Shown: in pieces, positions 24,882 through 37,151 of the stretch
How positions within the stretch are numbered: position 1 is the stretch's first letter
How the letters are laid out: every line of letters begins with the position of its first letter
Assembly (NCBI GenBank): GCA_010015805.1
Contig: ML978126.1
Location: 248,001-312,000 of the forward strand
DNA from: Rhizodiscina lignyota
Lineage: Eukaryota
DNA length: 64,000 bases
Direction of reading: 5' to 3'
Program-made: the position numbers and the translations under genes
Notes under the pieces: generated by a model
The model's input: the letters and a program-made list of their open reading frames with translations, nothing else
Told to the model about the DNA's origin: nothing
Database searches by the model: none

Positions 24882-26779
24882 TCAAGTAGTGTATATGAAG
24901 TCCGGTCTCTTATCACCCAGCTTCTCAATCTCAGCCTCACTCTTACCTTCAATCCAATGGTCTCTCTTTCCAGCAGCTCTCTTCTTATTCTCGTTGACAA
25001 GCAAGAAGTGCGTGACAATGCTTCCCCCTAACAGGAAAACAACCATGTATCCAAGCACAACACCATGGCCCGTCTTGAAATCTGGAGCTTGCTTTGCGAT
25101 ATAGATATTGGAGCTGACAACACCGTTGATATTGCCCCATCCGATAACCTATCATAGTGGTCAGGAGTCCGATGGTCAACTTCGCCAGAGGCAAGGGAGA
25201 TTCAACTCACGAATCCAAGAACAATACCGCGCTTGTAGACGCCCTCGATGTTGTTGCTTGCCCAGGTGATCGTATTCGCAATGAGTGGATCTTGTATAGG
25301 TCAGCATACAGAAACACAGATCTTTCAGACCCAGTTGCAACTGACAGATACCCAAGGCGCCCAGAAACGTTCCGGCATATTTGACACCAGCCTTCTTGCT
25401 ACCAAGGAGCATGCTGAATCCTATTATACCAAGAAGGCTGACACAAATATTGCACCAGCCTCTAAGCCTCGTCCGATCGGCAAAGTAACCCACGGAAATC
25501 GTCAGAATGGCAGCTGCCGCATACGGCGGTACAGACAGCAAGTTCGCAACGGTGCTTGTAAAGCCTAGTTCACTGATGATTGTCGGCAGGAAGAGAGAAA
25601 AGGCGTACAGTGCGCCATCCGCGCCCATATAGACGATTGCGAAGCACCACGTCTTCCAATCTTTAACAGCAGCCCAGAAATATTCCATCTTGAATTGCTC
25701 GTGCTCGGCCGAGGACTGCTTATCGGCCTTCAGTCTGCGAATCACACGAGCCCGATCCTCTGGGCTGAGAAATTTGGCATCGTCGGGGAAATCATGGACC
25801 ATCCACGGTGAGGCAAGGCCAATCAGGAAAGTAGCAAGGCCTTCAAGGATGAAAATCCAGGCCCAACCGCGCTTACCGCCGATACCATCCATTTGCGCAA
25901 TAGCAGCCGCAAGTAGGCCACCAAATGAGCCGGCGACTGCTGCTGCAGAGAAGAAAATTGCTGCTCGGATGCCGAACTCGGAGCGCTTGTACCAGCAAGA
26001 TACTTTAAAAATAATGATCAGCTTCTAAGTATATATAGAAGATTGGACTCAGAAAAACAGAAGAAGTAGACGGGCACGCGATGAAAGACAGTCCATCTCT
26101 TTTTACTTTGGAATGCGATAATCGTTGAATGACTCACAATAATAGTTCACTCCAGGGAAGAGTCCGGCTTCCGTTAGCCCAAGGAACCAACGTGCCGCAG
26201 CAAGGCCCGAGAAGTTGTGGACGAGGCCCATCGTCGTCATACATATGCCCCAGAGTATCATGGTTGCTGGCAAGAAAACCGATGGGCGAAAGCGTTTCAG
26301 CAGGATGTTTGTCAGAGGCTCGAAGCAGGAATAAGACACGAAAAAGATGCTTAAAGCTGCGTTGTATTGACCAGGTGTCATGTGGAGATCAGTTATGAGG
26401 CCATCGATCTTTGCGTTGCCAATATTAGTGCGATCAAGGAAGGAGGCCAGATAGAGAAGAGTGAGCTTTTCGCCATATCAGCAAGGTTTATCGTAACAGG
26501 GGGATAACGCGGATATGGAACATACCCAGGGGATGAGCCTCAGGTCAAGCTTCCACAGCAGCTTTCTGTCCTATGCTACTGTTAGCATCGATGGCACGAC
26601 CTCTTCTCTATCCCGATGGCGCTTACAATACGTGCTCTTTCTTCCTCACTGAGATGGGCATCTGGGTCCGGAGGTAGTTGACCGTGGCCGATTGCCTGTT
26701 CGATTTGGGTAGGTATGTCCACACCAACATTCTTCTCGTCGTCAGAGGTCTGGCGCTCATGATCAGAGTCGACGGCCAT
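24882..26779 (-). CDS. MFS anion:cation symporter family transporter (Dal5/Tna1-like)
   Basis: Motifs DRKLLWKLDLRLIPW, FLDRTNIGNAKI, RWFLGLTEAGLFPG, WAWIFILEG and SVPPYA, and a C-terminal GDKRPDFIYTT. Five introns. Confidence 0.93.
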
Positions 26780-27970
26780 GGCTCAGGTATTGAGCCTGTT
26801 CGATATGTATTAAGGAAATTCCGAGACCTGACGAGGAAAGGCAAAATTCTTCAAAGTCGCACAGAAGGAGAGTGAAGAAAAGAAAAGCTTCGTGCAACCC
26901 ACGCACGCGGGACTTTGACCGACTTTGTAGCGCCATCATTGCCCTACCGTTCATATCTTGAGCACCGCTGCCACGTGCGGGGCCATGCTCGCAAATCAAC
27001 ACTGCATACTCCAAGAACGACTATCGTAATTGATAGGCCCAAGCCGGGGCAGAGGCCGAATTCAGTGAATAGGGCGCCGAAGGAGTGGTCGCGACAGGCT
27101 CTCCCTCAGTTGCTCTTGGACAGTCTTGACCCGCCGTGGCGTGCGATTCGGGCAGGTATATTGTTGAAGATCACCTTGGCCGTCATCATCATCATGACGC
27201 TCGATTCGGTTAGCGACCGTTTAACCGGGGCCCCACATGGCAGCCCAGGTCAAAGCTTTTGCGGGTGTGGTTGGCACGAGCCAATGAGCTCCGAGTTCGA
27301 TGAGTTTGATGCTAAGGATGCTTTGTGCGCGTGAGTTCGGACGGTACAGTCGGCAAGCCCTTGTCGTTAGATATACCGAACTTTCCCACTGCGAAAATAT
27401 GGACTCGATGCATTGCTCCCCGAAGTCATGTGTCTCCTATGAGTCCCTTCGATGTCTGAGTAGCAACGAACACGTCAGCCAGCGCTCGAGGATGAGGAAT
27501 GCTGCATCACTTCTGCGGGTGGTGAAGATATGCAACGCCCCAGATTCGCTAGCTGGGGTAGTGGACAGGGAGAGCTATAAGATGCGGAAATAAAATTAGT
27601 GCCGAAGCCGAAAAAGATTTGAGAAATTCTGCAGGAGCGTCTCTTGGCCCAATGAGCGCAGGTCTAGAAACTCTCGTCAGCTGTCACTGTAATTGATGTG
27701 AGGGGCTGATGAACGAGTTCATGTTCAGAAAGCGATAAATGCGTACGTTTACGGAGTAGTGCTTTGGAAAATACTATTTGACAGTGGAAATCTTTGGCGA
27801 GAGCCGATATGGTGGTTTGGAAGAGACGGAGTTCGGATAGGCTCGCACATGTGCGTGATATGTGAAGGAATGAATCTCTCGTCAGGAAGGCACACCTGAG
27901 ACTTGACCGGCTTCCTATCTAAGTATGTGCATCTACAAATATAGTACAGATCTGGTCTTTACACGTGATA

Positions 27971-29462
27971 TCATAGCCTCCACATTACACTGTTCTTCTC
28001 CAATGCTCCAATGATGCCGCGGCCGCTCAGTGCCCACTTCTCCGCAACAAGCGCATCGCTCACAGATTGTCTCAGCATGCCACTCTTCGCATAGTATTCC
28101 ATGATAGCCTTGGCGTCGCCTTTGCTGAGGCCTCCTAACCGTAGCACCTCCACACCGCTCATGCTCTGCATTACGCGGTCGTCCAGCTTCTTATACGGAT
28201 CCCAATATGGCATCTGCTCCTGTTGGCCTTGCTGAGCGGCTTCGTTTGAACCAATAGCAAAGTCGAGAGATTCGGAGTTGGGTCGGTTACTTTCTGATAC
28301 AGCAGCTATCACCAAGCCGCCATTTGCTAGGGATTGAGAGCCGGATAGGTACGAGGTGAAGAATGAGACGAGAGCAAGGTCGTGAGCATGGATGGGTTTA
28401 AAGTCGGCAGACATATAGTTAGAGTTTTTCATAATGTGATGAACGCCGTCAAGAGCGAGCATGACCGGAGGCCGATTAACACCGTCTCCAGTTGAAGGTT
28501 GCATCAACTCGCTCCAGAGCGCTTGAAAGAAAGGCCAAGCCAATTCAGGATCGCTGGCCCCTTGCTCAGCGAAGCGATCCAGTGAGATATTCCTCTGCAC
28601 AGGTACGGGAAGATTGTGTTTCTGAGATATCTGGAGTTTCGAGAGGACAGGCCTGTTAGCTCGGGCCACTTGTGACAGCAGGTCGGCTGTGTATATCTTC
28701 TGAGAGTACTGCGTGGGATTTGTGCCAGGAATTGGGCCGTACTCGGTGTGGCTTATTGCTAGTTCCTGCGCTGTTCAACATATTGTCAGCAACAAACACC
28801 CGCAGATGGATATGGTGCAGTGTACCGTCTGGAAAGTTGATGACAACCCAACCCCTCAAGAAGGCCATCGCCATGGTCTGAAGTACTAACGTGCTCTTCC
28901 CGCTACCCTGTTCTCCAACGAGGATCTTTCGCATTGTCCTCCGAGACTCTACAGATTCGACATCTGCAATAAGCCGTGCCATTTCTGCTGTCTCCCTTCT
29001 CACCAATGCCGCCGGTCTTCTGAAGAACCTCCATCCTTGTGATGACTGGAAGGCGCCCACTGCTGTTAACTGATCTATAGTCGGTCCGGGTATTCCCAGT
29101 ACCTGTCCTTCCAAGCCACTTTGCACGCAGTTTTGCGCGTTCACGTCTTGTAAGCCAGGAACGACGAGCGCATTGGTATTGCTGAAAACAACTCGTTTCC
29201 GCATAGCCTTTCGTTCGCCTGGCGCAGGGGGTTTAGTCATATTGACGCGCATTTTCTTTTTCATTCGAAGATTCTTTATGCCTTTTTGTGGAGGACCGGT
29301 CATCGATACGCCCTTCTTCTTCGCCGGCATTGGTAATTGCGTTGAAGGAGTAGTCGAGAAGGCCGCAATACGGCCAATTGACGCAGGATGCCATGATGCG
29401 GCCGGTGTGATGTTATTGGGTAACGAATATCGTAGCTGTCGCAGACATGGAAATTGAGACAT
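27971..29462 (-). CDS. RSM23: Mitochondrial small-subunit ribosomal protein mS29 (DAP3/Rsm23)
   Basis: Basic presequence, then PAPGERKAMRKRVVFSNTNAL, FQSSQGWRFFRRPA, P-loop GEQGSGKS, RPPVMLALDG and EKWALSGRGIIG. One intron after VINFPD. Confidence 0.92.
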
Positions 29463-29621
29463 TGGGAGGCCTCAATGGAAGTGCAGGTGTGGACTGTCGA
29501 ATGCTTGGGTGCGTTGCATCCTTTTCTCGGAGGAGCTCAAAAGCTCCGCAGAGCTCGTGCGGCAAGTTCCGAAGCGCGAGCGAAGACAAGACGAGAAGAG
29601 GCATTCAGCTTAGATTCCTTC

Positions 29622-30638
29622 ATGGCATCCTTCTCACCCGCGTGCTTAAGGCAGGTCCTCCGCTTACCTTCCTCGGGAGGTACACGCCTCTGCCAGAGGA
29701 GATGGGCCCAGGTTCACGATGTGCGCTTTTTGGCCACTCATGGCGCCCAAGACCGCATCATAGCTAAGTATCGCGATAAGCTCGACCAGAAGGCCAAAGA
29801 GCAAGTGCTGCTTTCTTCTGTGATTGGAACCCAGATTTAACTGTCTTATAGGGAGGGTCTCAATGACATCGGTGAGCTGAAGGAGGCCTATAAGGCCAAG
29901 ATCAACCATCTCCGCAAGAAAGCTGCAGTACCAGGAGCCACTGCACCATTGAAGCAAGCTACTCCTTCACAAGTGTCCTCAAGCATACATGATCCACCGC
30001 CTCCGCCTCCTCAGCCGACAACAGAATCCTCCACATCAGCACCGTCCCCTGCGTCCGCGACACCAAAACCTCCTGGGATCAAGACGTTGTCCTCGTATAT
30101 TGACATTCCGAAGACACTTGCACTTCCAAAGAAGGAGATTGAGTATATATGGCGGTTACGGCACGCATCATCAGCAGACTCCCTCTGCGCTGTGATACCT
30201 GCAGACATCTGGGCCGTCATCCACGCCAATGCCCGAAAGCACCCACAATTTATCTTGCCTCTACCCCGTGAAGGACAAGAGGGCGCAGAAATACACTTCC
30301 TGCAATGGGCATTCCCAGCACCGGGTACGGTCACCGTACTTTTCACGAATCTTGCGGAATACAAATTACGAGGAGAGTTTAGCACGCCGCATACGACTGT
30401 GACCCATCATCTCGAGTTGTTGAATGATAAAGAGGTGGTACTAGTCCAGGGGAGCGTCACCAAAGGAAGAGGCGTCACGGTCGAAGAGGGAAAATGGCTG
30501 CTTATGTGTTTGCAGAAGTTCTATGGCCTTCAAGGGGAGCAGAACGAGAGCCGGAAGAAGCTGTTAGAACAGTTTAGCACTGGAGACGGAGGCTTCAAAG
30601 TAGAAGAGCTTTTAGAAGAGGCGGAAAAGGCTGTATGA
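29622..30638 (+). CDS. ATP11: Mitochondrial F1-ATPase assembly chaperone Atp11
   Basis: Motifs RRWAQVHDVRFLATH, IKTLSSYID, IEYIWRLRH, PQFILPLPR, EIHFLQW and LAEYKLRGE. A GC-AG intron at 29801-29851 is required to keep the frame. Confidence 0.94.
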
Positions 30639-30928
30639 CAGAATGCATATCACTCAACGAGATTCTTTAACGAGGCTCGAGGGCCTTGCCAGTGTATTAA
30701 TATTGCCATGGGTTGCAAATGCATGCAGAACGCGAATACACACTAGAGACGAGAACATTTAGACAGACGATCCGTACCTTCAGAATCTCTTCTAATCTCT
30801 TATTAATAAAGAGTGACTTCAGTTGGAGTTATTTACACCTGCTTAGCCTTCGGCTAAAGCAAACAAATTGGCTCGTTCTCTTGTGTCCTGCTGACCTCTG
30901 CCACAGGTACTCCAGCAACAGATGGACT

Positions 30929-31541
30929 TCAGTTTTTGTCATCTTCCCCGAAGTACGGAACCTCGAACTTGGGAGCCTGATCCGTCACCTTGCTGTACTT
31001 CAGCTTCCACAGACCGCTCTCAAGCACCCAGATATCATCACATTGCTCCCAGACGCGATATGTCTTGCTCGGGTCATCAAGGGCCTTGGGATCCCAGTGC
31101 GAATATATGAGGCTGCACAATATCAACATCAGCCATGCAGAACATGTTCAATCGGCCGAAGGCGACTTACTAAGTAATCACATGCGCTCTAATCGAACTA
31201 AGCAGATCGATCTTTGCTGTCGTCACGCTATGAGACACCTGCGCCCCCTCAAACGCCTGCTTCGTTCCGTTGATCACCTGTTCGAGGCCTTTGTATACTC
31301 CACCCCGTCGGCCCTGCTGGAGGAACTGACTGTTGTCGTAGATGATGTCCTGGGTCATCGATTGTCCAAGAGCGGACCAGTCTTTCTGATCGAGCGTCAC
31401 AGCGAGGCGGGACTCTGCTTGGTGAATGGCCTCGTAGGCATCGGGCTGTGGCACTGCGTTCCCACGAGCTTCATGACGCTCGTATGGGCCAGCGGCCGCG
31501 AGCGAGGCGAGGCTGAGGAGAACGGTGGTTGAAAACTTCAT
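30929..31541 (-). CDS. Secreted SnoaL/NTF2-like fold protein
   Basis: Signal peptide MKFSTTVLLSLASLAAA. SnoaL-like pattern AVTLDQKDWSAL..MTQD, SHSVTT and DDIWVLESGLWKLK. Intron 31113-31170. Confidence 0.8.
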
Positions 31542-32625
31542 TTTCGCCGCTAAAGGAGATACTGAAAGACTCAAGGACTTGAAGAGATGGTCTCGATGGA
31601 AGCAGAGGTCTAGAGTTTTGGACCAAACACTCAACGAGTTGAATGCGGTCTATTTATGCAGAGATCGGTCTCTCCTAAGGCCTCTACCAGCAGAGCCGCT
31701 TTAGAAACGCCACGCGGAAGCAAAAGACTCATGGCTTCTTCAGCCGACAAGAGCTTTGAAGTCATTGGAGAATGAAATCGTGCTTTACGCAATGGATAAG
31801 GGGATCTGGATCTCTCGGGATGCAAGATCAACGCCTTCTCTACTTCAAAGAGGCTACTGAAGCAATCAACTCGCTCGTTTTTGCGCCACGTCTAGACACA
31901 TGTCCTCTCCCAGGCGTTATTGTGCTGTCCAAACATTTCCCGAAGAAAATGAGTTCATGTATCGGAGATGAGCGTGTGGGGGATTTGCGTCCGGAGCATG
32001 AGCAGATCAAGAAAGAAGGGGAGTGGCTACATGCAGCTTGCCGTTCCGTCCTTGCATAGATCTAAAAGGAGAACTCTGCGGGAGCACGATTATGCTGCTT
32101 CAGATCATGCTGAATTCAATCAGACCTCCCAAGTCGCCTTGTGGCATAGAAGAGGAGGTGCATCAAGACCAGTTTCATGTTTCCAGATGCTCTCGACTAT
32201 GCGTTCTCAGAAGACACGGCAACGACAGCGGAACCAAGAAGCCGAGCGAGCTGTGTAATATTAATTTTCCGGATACCATACTACTGGTATCACCATCAGC
32301 TCCGCGGTGACCAGTCTGTCGCCGGAGCTGACTGAGAGGGCCTTGGTAAGGAGCTGTACCTCCTTCCTGGGTACCGATCCCAGGCTCGTGGTTGTTTCCG
32401 ACGAACGTTATACATATCACCTCTTCAGCAGTGATCATGCCAAACATCAACTGTCTGCGGCATATTTGCCGTCAAATTATCTGAGCATAGCACGTTTGAA
32501 TATGCATCGCATCGGCAAGTGGATCTATTCCATATCCTTCCAGCTGAATGTATGTCAAATCATCCCTTCCGTGATGCGATGTGCAGTTTGCAAAGCCCTG
32601 TCCGGATAACTAAGCACTTACTCTT

Positions 32626-35178
32626 CTACATACCCGGAATTTTGCCTTCAAGTGGAAGATTCCTCGAACTCGGACCTACATGTACGCCAACAGTCGTACC
32701 AATGCTCGTCACATCTACCCAGGCCTGGCTCACGACATCCCAGATTGACAAGTCCCTCCGCTTCAGCTCAAACACCATTGTCTTCGTCTCTCCAGGTTGG
32801 ATCATCATCTTATTGAAACCACGTAGCTGGCGTGGGGGCTCCCCGTTCCCTAAGTCGAGGTACAGTTGGGCGACTTCTTGCCCGGCAACAGAGCCGTTGT
32901 TAGTGACATCGACACTCACAGTGTAGAGGATGTCATACAAGCTCGAATCACCTCCTGGTGGAGCAGGGGGTTGAACAGCAACAATACTAGCCGTGGCTGT
33001 TGGCACTCCAGGCGTGGAAATGGTGGCGTTGGACGCAATGTATGGGTAAATATAGTGCGTTATTGAGCTGACCGTCGCCGGAAAGGTATAGTCCGAAGGG
33101 TTGAGCTTCCTGCTTGCGCACACAGAACCGTTCACAGTTCTTGTTGGTGACGGACGACCTACGGAATAGGAATTCGATGGTCCTGAAATCACAAGATTCG
33201 AGTACTTGAAGCTGGTGTAGCTCATCCCGAACCCGAACTCGAATCGTGGCGCGATCCCATCTTTATCGAAGTGGCGGTAGTCTATGAAAAGACCCTCGGT
33301 GAAGTTCACTTGAGGCGTGGGTCCGGATGGATAAGGTATGATCGGCGTACCATAGTCCTTCTCATTCTTTGCAATCGTCCATGGGAGTTTTCCAGATGGG
33401 TTAACGTCGCCATACAGCACATCCACCAGCGAACTACCGCTTTCCTGACCGGGCAGCCCAGCGAATAGGACCGCGGTAACGTTGGGGTGATCAATCCATT
33501 CTTCCATCAAAACTGGTCCTGTTGCGTGAATTACAACGATCGTATTCGAACAGTTTGCGGCGACCTCCTTGATCAGCGCATCGCCGTCCCCCCACAGAGT
33601 GAGGTTGTTTCGATCGCCATACACGCCAGCGACTGAAACATACGACTCGCCACTGTCAGCATTCGCAAACACAAGACAGGCTGACGCTTGTTCGGCAATT
33701 GCATCAATAGCATCCGCCGCCGAGTTGTTCAACACGTACTGAACGACTGTTTGGTCCCTCAAGGCACGAGCTTGTATAGCTGCGAGCGGGTCGACAAGAT
33801 AGGGAAAATTCGCAGTACCGCTTCCCCATCCCATTGCAAGCGTCCCCGAGTCACCAGCTCTGTCAGCGTATCCATTCGGTCCTTGTGCTGAAGGTCCAGC
33901 ATCCTGTCCAATAATTCCGATTTGTTTGATCTTCTCCGGCTTAAGAGGTAGCGTGGCATGCACATTCTTAAGGAGAATGACAGAGTCGGCACCAACTTTG
34001 CGGATAATGCCCGCATGGTGATCTCGAACGTCAACATGAAAGTTGATCTGTGTGTAATCGAGCATCGCCGAAGGGTACATGTAGCCATACGTCTGAAAGC
34101 CGCCGCCAGCGTTCAGCTCAGGATAGTTGTGATCTTGTCCAAGGAAATAGTAAGCGGCCATAACTCTCGTCACCATGTCGTCAATTCTCCATTCGGGGAC
34201 ACTTCCATTGAGGACTGAAATCGTTAGATTTGGTCCCCAATAACTGATTCCCGGCTCTGGATTGGGAGAGTAATGTAGTGCATCACCAGGAGTGGCTTGA
34301 TCAAGTCCTGAGAGGGCCGAAAGCACACCAGAATACTGACTACCATAATCAGATAATACCAGCCCAGGAAATCCGAGTTGACCCTTTAAGATGTCGTTAA
34401 GGAGTCTAGTATTCTGACATGCCTGGCTGTTATTCAACTGGTTGTACGAGCACATGACTCCCGCAAGACCGCTGCGAACGGCATCATACCAAGGTAAAAG
34501 ATACAGCTCGTGCAGAGTTCGATCATCGCAATTCGCGGAGTAAGGCATCGTGACGTTGTCAGGGTCCGGAATACCATAGTCATTACCAGGGTAGCGGAAA
34601 CGCTCCTGTTCGTACAATAGAAAATGCTTCCCCACAGCGATGGCACCGGCGTCCTGCATGCCTGCAACTGCAAGTGAAAACGCAGCAGCAGACAGGTATG
34701 GGTCAGGAGAGTAGGCCTCAAAATTGCGCCCGCCTGTCGGATTCCGGCCCATGGGAGAAACTACCGGAGCTAGAGCCATATTGAAGCCCTTGCCCTTCTG
34801 CTCCATACCTATTGCGTGTCCTTGTGTGTACATGAGTTCTCTATCCCAAGTTGCGGCGACATTGAGGCCAGCTGGGAAGGCGTTATTGTAGTCAGTCCCG
34901 CGGACCCCAACTGGTCCGTCAGAACGGGCAAACCCACGAAACCCCAGACGAGGTACAATTCCAATGTCATATCCAGTTGTCGATCCGGCCCCAGTAGAAG
35001 TAGTGAAGTTGATTTTCTCAGTCAAGGTTAGCTGACAGACGAATTCCCGTGCCTTTGCATACGCAGCGGTCCAATTGCCTCTCCCAGGGTTGATTGGTAT
35101 GTGGAAGCTCTCGCCGCTTGCGTTTTGGCCTGTAGTGAGAGACAGGAGAAGACAGAAAACGAAAATGTAGCTCTTCAT
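32626..35178 (-). CDS. Secreted GH3 beta-glucosidase with C-terminal FnIII-like domain
   Basis: Signal peptide, then DGPVGVR, GGRNFEAYSPDPYL, KHF, GVMCSYN, nucleophile region LVLSDY, ADSGE, GLFIDYRHFD and EVAQLY..LRGF. 850 aa, no introns. Confidence 0.96.
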   Translation of the reverse strand: MKSYIFVFCLLLSLTTGQNASGESFHIPINPGRGNWTAAYAKAREFVCQLTLTEKINFTTSTGAGSTTGYDIGIVPRLGFRGFARSDGPVGVRGTDYNNAFPAGLNVAATWDRELMYTQGHAIGMEQKGKGFNMALAPVVSPMGRNPTGGRNFEAYSPDPYLSAAAFSLAVAGMQDAGAIAVGKHFLLYEQERFRYPGNDYGIPDPDNVTMPYSANCDDRTLHELYLLPWYDAVRSGLAGVMCSYNQLNNSQACQNTRLLNDILKGQLGFPGLVLSDYGSQYSGVLSALSGLDQATPGDALHYSPNPEPGISYWGPNLTISVLNGSVPEWRIDDMVTRVMAAYYFLGQDHNYPELNAGGGFQTYGYMYPSAMLDYTQINFHVDVRDHHAGIIRKVGADSVILLKNVHATLPLKPEKIKQIGIIGQDAGPSAQGPNGYADRAGDSGTLAMGWGSGTANFPYLVDPLAAIQARALRDQTVVQYVLNNSAADAIDAIAEQASACLVFANADSGESYVSVAGVYGDRNNLTLWGDGDALIKEVAANCSNTIVVIHATGPVLMEEWIDHPNVTAVLFAGLPGQESGSSLVDVLYGDVNPSGKLPWTIAKNEKDYGTPIIPYPSGPTPQVNFTEGLFIDYRHFDKDGIAPRFEFGFGMSYTSFKYSNLVISGPSNSYSVGRPSPTRTVNGSVCASRKLNPSDYTFPATVSSITHYIYPYIASNATISTPGVPTATASIVAVQPPAPPGGDSSLYDILYTVSVDVTNNGSVAGQEVAQLYLDLGNGEPPRQLRGFNKMMIQPGETKTMVFELKRRDLSIWDVVSQAWVDVTSIGTTVGVHVGPSSRNLPLEGKIPGM

Positions 35179-35774
35179 TATGGACTACCTGATCGGACAG
35201 CGTGAGGGTTCCAGCGCGTAGCCAACGTCGCATTCGTATATCCATCTTTAAGGGCCTGTAATCAACAGCCATCTGGCACATCAAGGCCCGATGAACGGAA
35301 AAATAGGAAAAATAAAGAAAGACATGAAGAGCTATCGGTACAATGCACTGCCAGGAAGGGGACGCGAGCGGCGAGCTTGGCACGAATCTGCTTTGCATAC
35401 TGGAATCAGCCGGATCGGCCATTCCCAGCAAGGCAAGTTTGGAAAGGGAGCGGGGAGATCGGACCAGGAGTTATGGAGACAGTATTCTCCTTTCGGAGTG
35501 CAGAAAATTATTTAACAGATGTAGAGCATGATCAAAGAATCGTATAGAGAATCTGAGAATCGAAATGGAGAGTACATGTCTAGCGAGCCAGGAGTACGAC
35601 TGCTTCATGAAGATGGACTGAATAGTTAGGATCAAACATAAGCTTCCGCGTCTGGAAGATTCATAACATAAGTGATGACTCGTAATATCATATATGACAT
35701 AAATGTGGAGAAAGTTTAGCTGATCGGAAGAGACGAGGTTGAATGTGTTGGGTTAACGAGGATCTCCTCGTTTT

Positions 35775-35791
35775 CGGCGAAAAGGCCTCCG
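35775..35791. promoter_or_regulatory. CGG-N11-CCG Zn2Cys6-type site upstream of GH3
   Basis: CGGCGAAAAGGCCTCCG, about 600 bp upstream of the GH3 ATG. It also lies just downstream of the SBF gene stop. Confidence 0.35.
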
Positions 35792-35957
35792 CCACAACCG
35801 CGTAAGATGTCCTCTCAGAAATAGCAGCTCTACTAATGTCCTTTGAGTAGGTTTAAACATGTCTGAAGAACAAATTTAGTGTTCTAGATATTGTACATTT
35901 ATCAAAGACTCCGATATATACATTCTCTACGCCATGAAGTCTATATCTTTTGAGAAT

Positions 35958-37151
35958 CTATACCAAGGTTTTCTCTTGTGTTGCATTAGATTCAGCGATG
36001 ACACCCTCTTTTGTCTCAGTTGCCTTGGAGTCTGGTGGAACATCTGAACTTTGGCATTCGCCTTCTGTTGCTTTGCCCACTACCCACTTCCGAAGCGGAA
36101 TTGTGAGCAGACTGCTCAGGAACACCTGGAATGCCTGGAAGATAACCATTGGGACTTGCAACTTGGCTTCGTCCACCAACGTTAAGTTGGTCCATAAGAG
36201 AGTACTTAGTGGCACCCCAACTGTTAAGGTCTTCGCCGGAACACAATAACAAATGGAGACAACACTTTTCCGGTCCATCCAGAAATACGCTGTCACAAAG
36301 GACACGACCAGCCACAGCAGCCAATTTCCGATGCTGATGAATACGATGAAAATCATGTTGCTTGCTGCAACGCTTTCAAATGCTCTGGTCTCGAAGGCGC
36401 TGTCGAACGTTTGCCAGACTAGAGTCAACAACGCCAATGAATTGAGCTTGTTGATCTTGTACTTGTTCGCCAATTTCGTGATCTGCTCTTCGAACAGATT
36501 GCGGAGGATCTGTCCGACAAACATTGGGACGTAGACGGTGAGACCTAGTTGCATGGTTGTCCGCCGGTACAAGGAGCCTATGCCTGAGCCTTCTGAAGGG
36601 AGAACGACGGTATACCATTGGTTTGCTGAAACGTACATCTTTACGAGGAGAGGGGAGATGAAAACGCCCAGGAAACAGCCCACGGTAGTCTGGACCACCG
36701 TGAGAGCTGTATTGCCGTTTGCCTGCCTGGTCATGACAACATTCGATGCGATGGTGGTCGGCAGGCTAGCGTTGATGATAAGTCCTATGAGCAGCCAAGG
36801 ATCCATGAAGTGTTTATTTGTGGAAGCGGCGCAGACGATGGCGAAGCCGAGTGCCGATGTGACAAGGAAGCATTGGATCTGAACGAAAAGGTGCAACTTC
36901 CATCGCGAGTAATTCTCTATCAACGTCCGTGTTGACAGTGTACAGCCTGTGATAAAGAAGACTATCCCCGGTGCCAAGTATGAGATCGTTAACGTTTTGA
37001 TTCGTTGCCGCGATGCAGGGACCTGGACTTGAGATGCGATGAGAATTACGATTCCAAGCCCAATAACGAACCATTGGTCCTTCAAGATCCAGATTAGAGT
37101 CGACTTTATCTTTTGGACGCGGCTTGGCTGAGCTGTCTCTTTCGACGACAT
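35958..37151 (-). CDS. Sodium/bile-acid symporter family (SLC10A7/Rch1-like) membrane protein
   Basis: Motifs DQWFVIGLG, IVFFITGCTL, LPTTIASNVVMTRQANGN and CVPAKTLTVGVPL. About 10 hydrophobic segments, 397 aa. Confidence 0.92.
   Translation of the reverse strand: MSSKETAQPSRVQKIKSTLIWILKDQWFVIGLGIVILIASQVQVPASRQRIKTLTISYLAPGIVFFITGCTLSTRTLIENYSRWKLHLFVQIQCFLVTSALGFAIVCAASTNKHFMDPWLLIGLIINASLPTTIASNVVMTRQANGNTALTVVQTTVGCFLGVFISPLLVKMYVSANQWYTVVLPSEGSGIGSLYRRTTMQLGLTVYVPMFVGQILRNLFEEQITKLANKYKINKLNSLALLTLVWQTFDSAFETRAFESVAASNMIFIVFISIGNWLLWLVVSFVTAYFWMDRKSVVSICYCVPAKTLTVGVPLSTLLWTNLTLVDEAKLQVPMVIFQAFQVFLSSLLTIPLRKWVVGKATEGECQSSDVPPDSKATETKEGVIAESNATQEKTLV

Noticed and set aside
34345..34370. 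GATAATACCAGC, similar to part of a TPP riboswitch
   Set aside because: It is antisense within the GH3 coding region, and the remaining TPP aptamer elements and intron context are absent.
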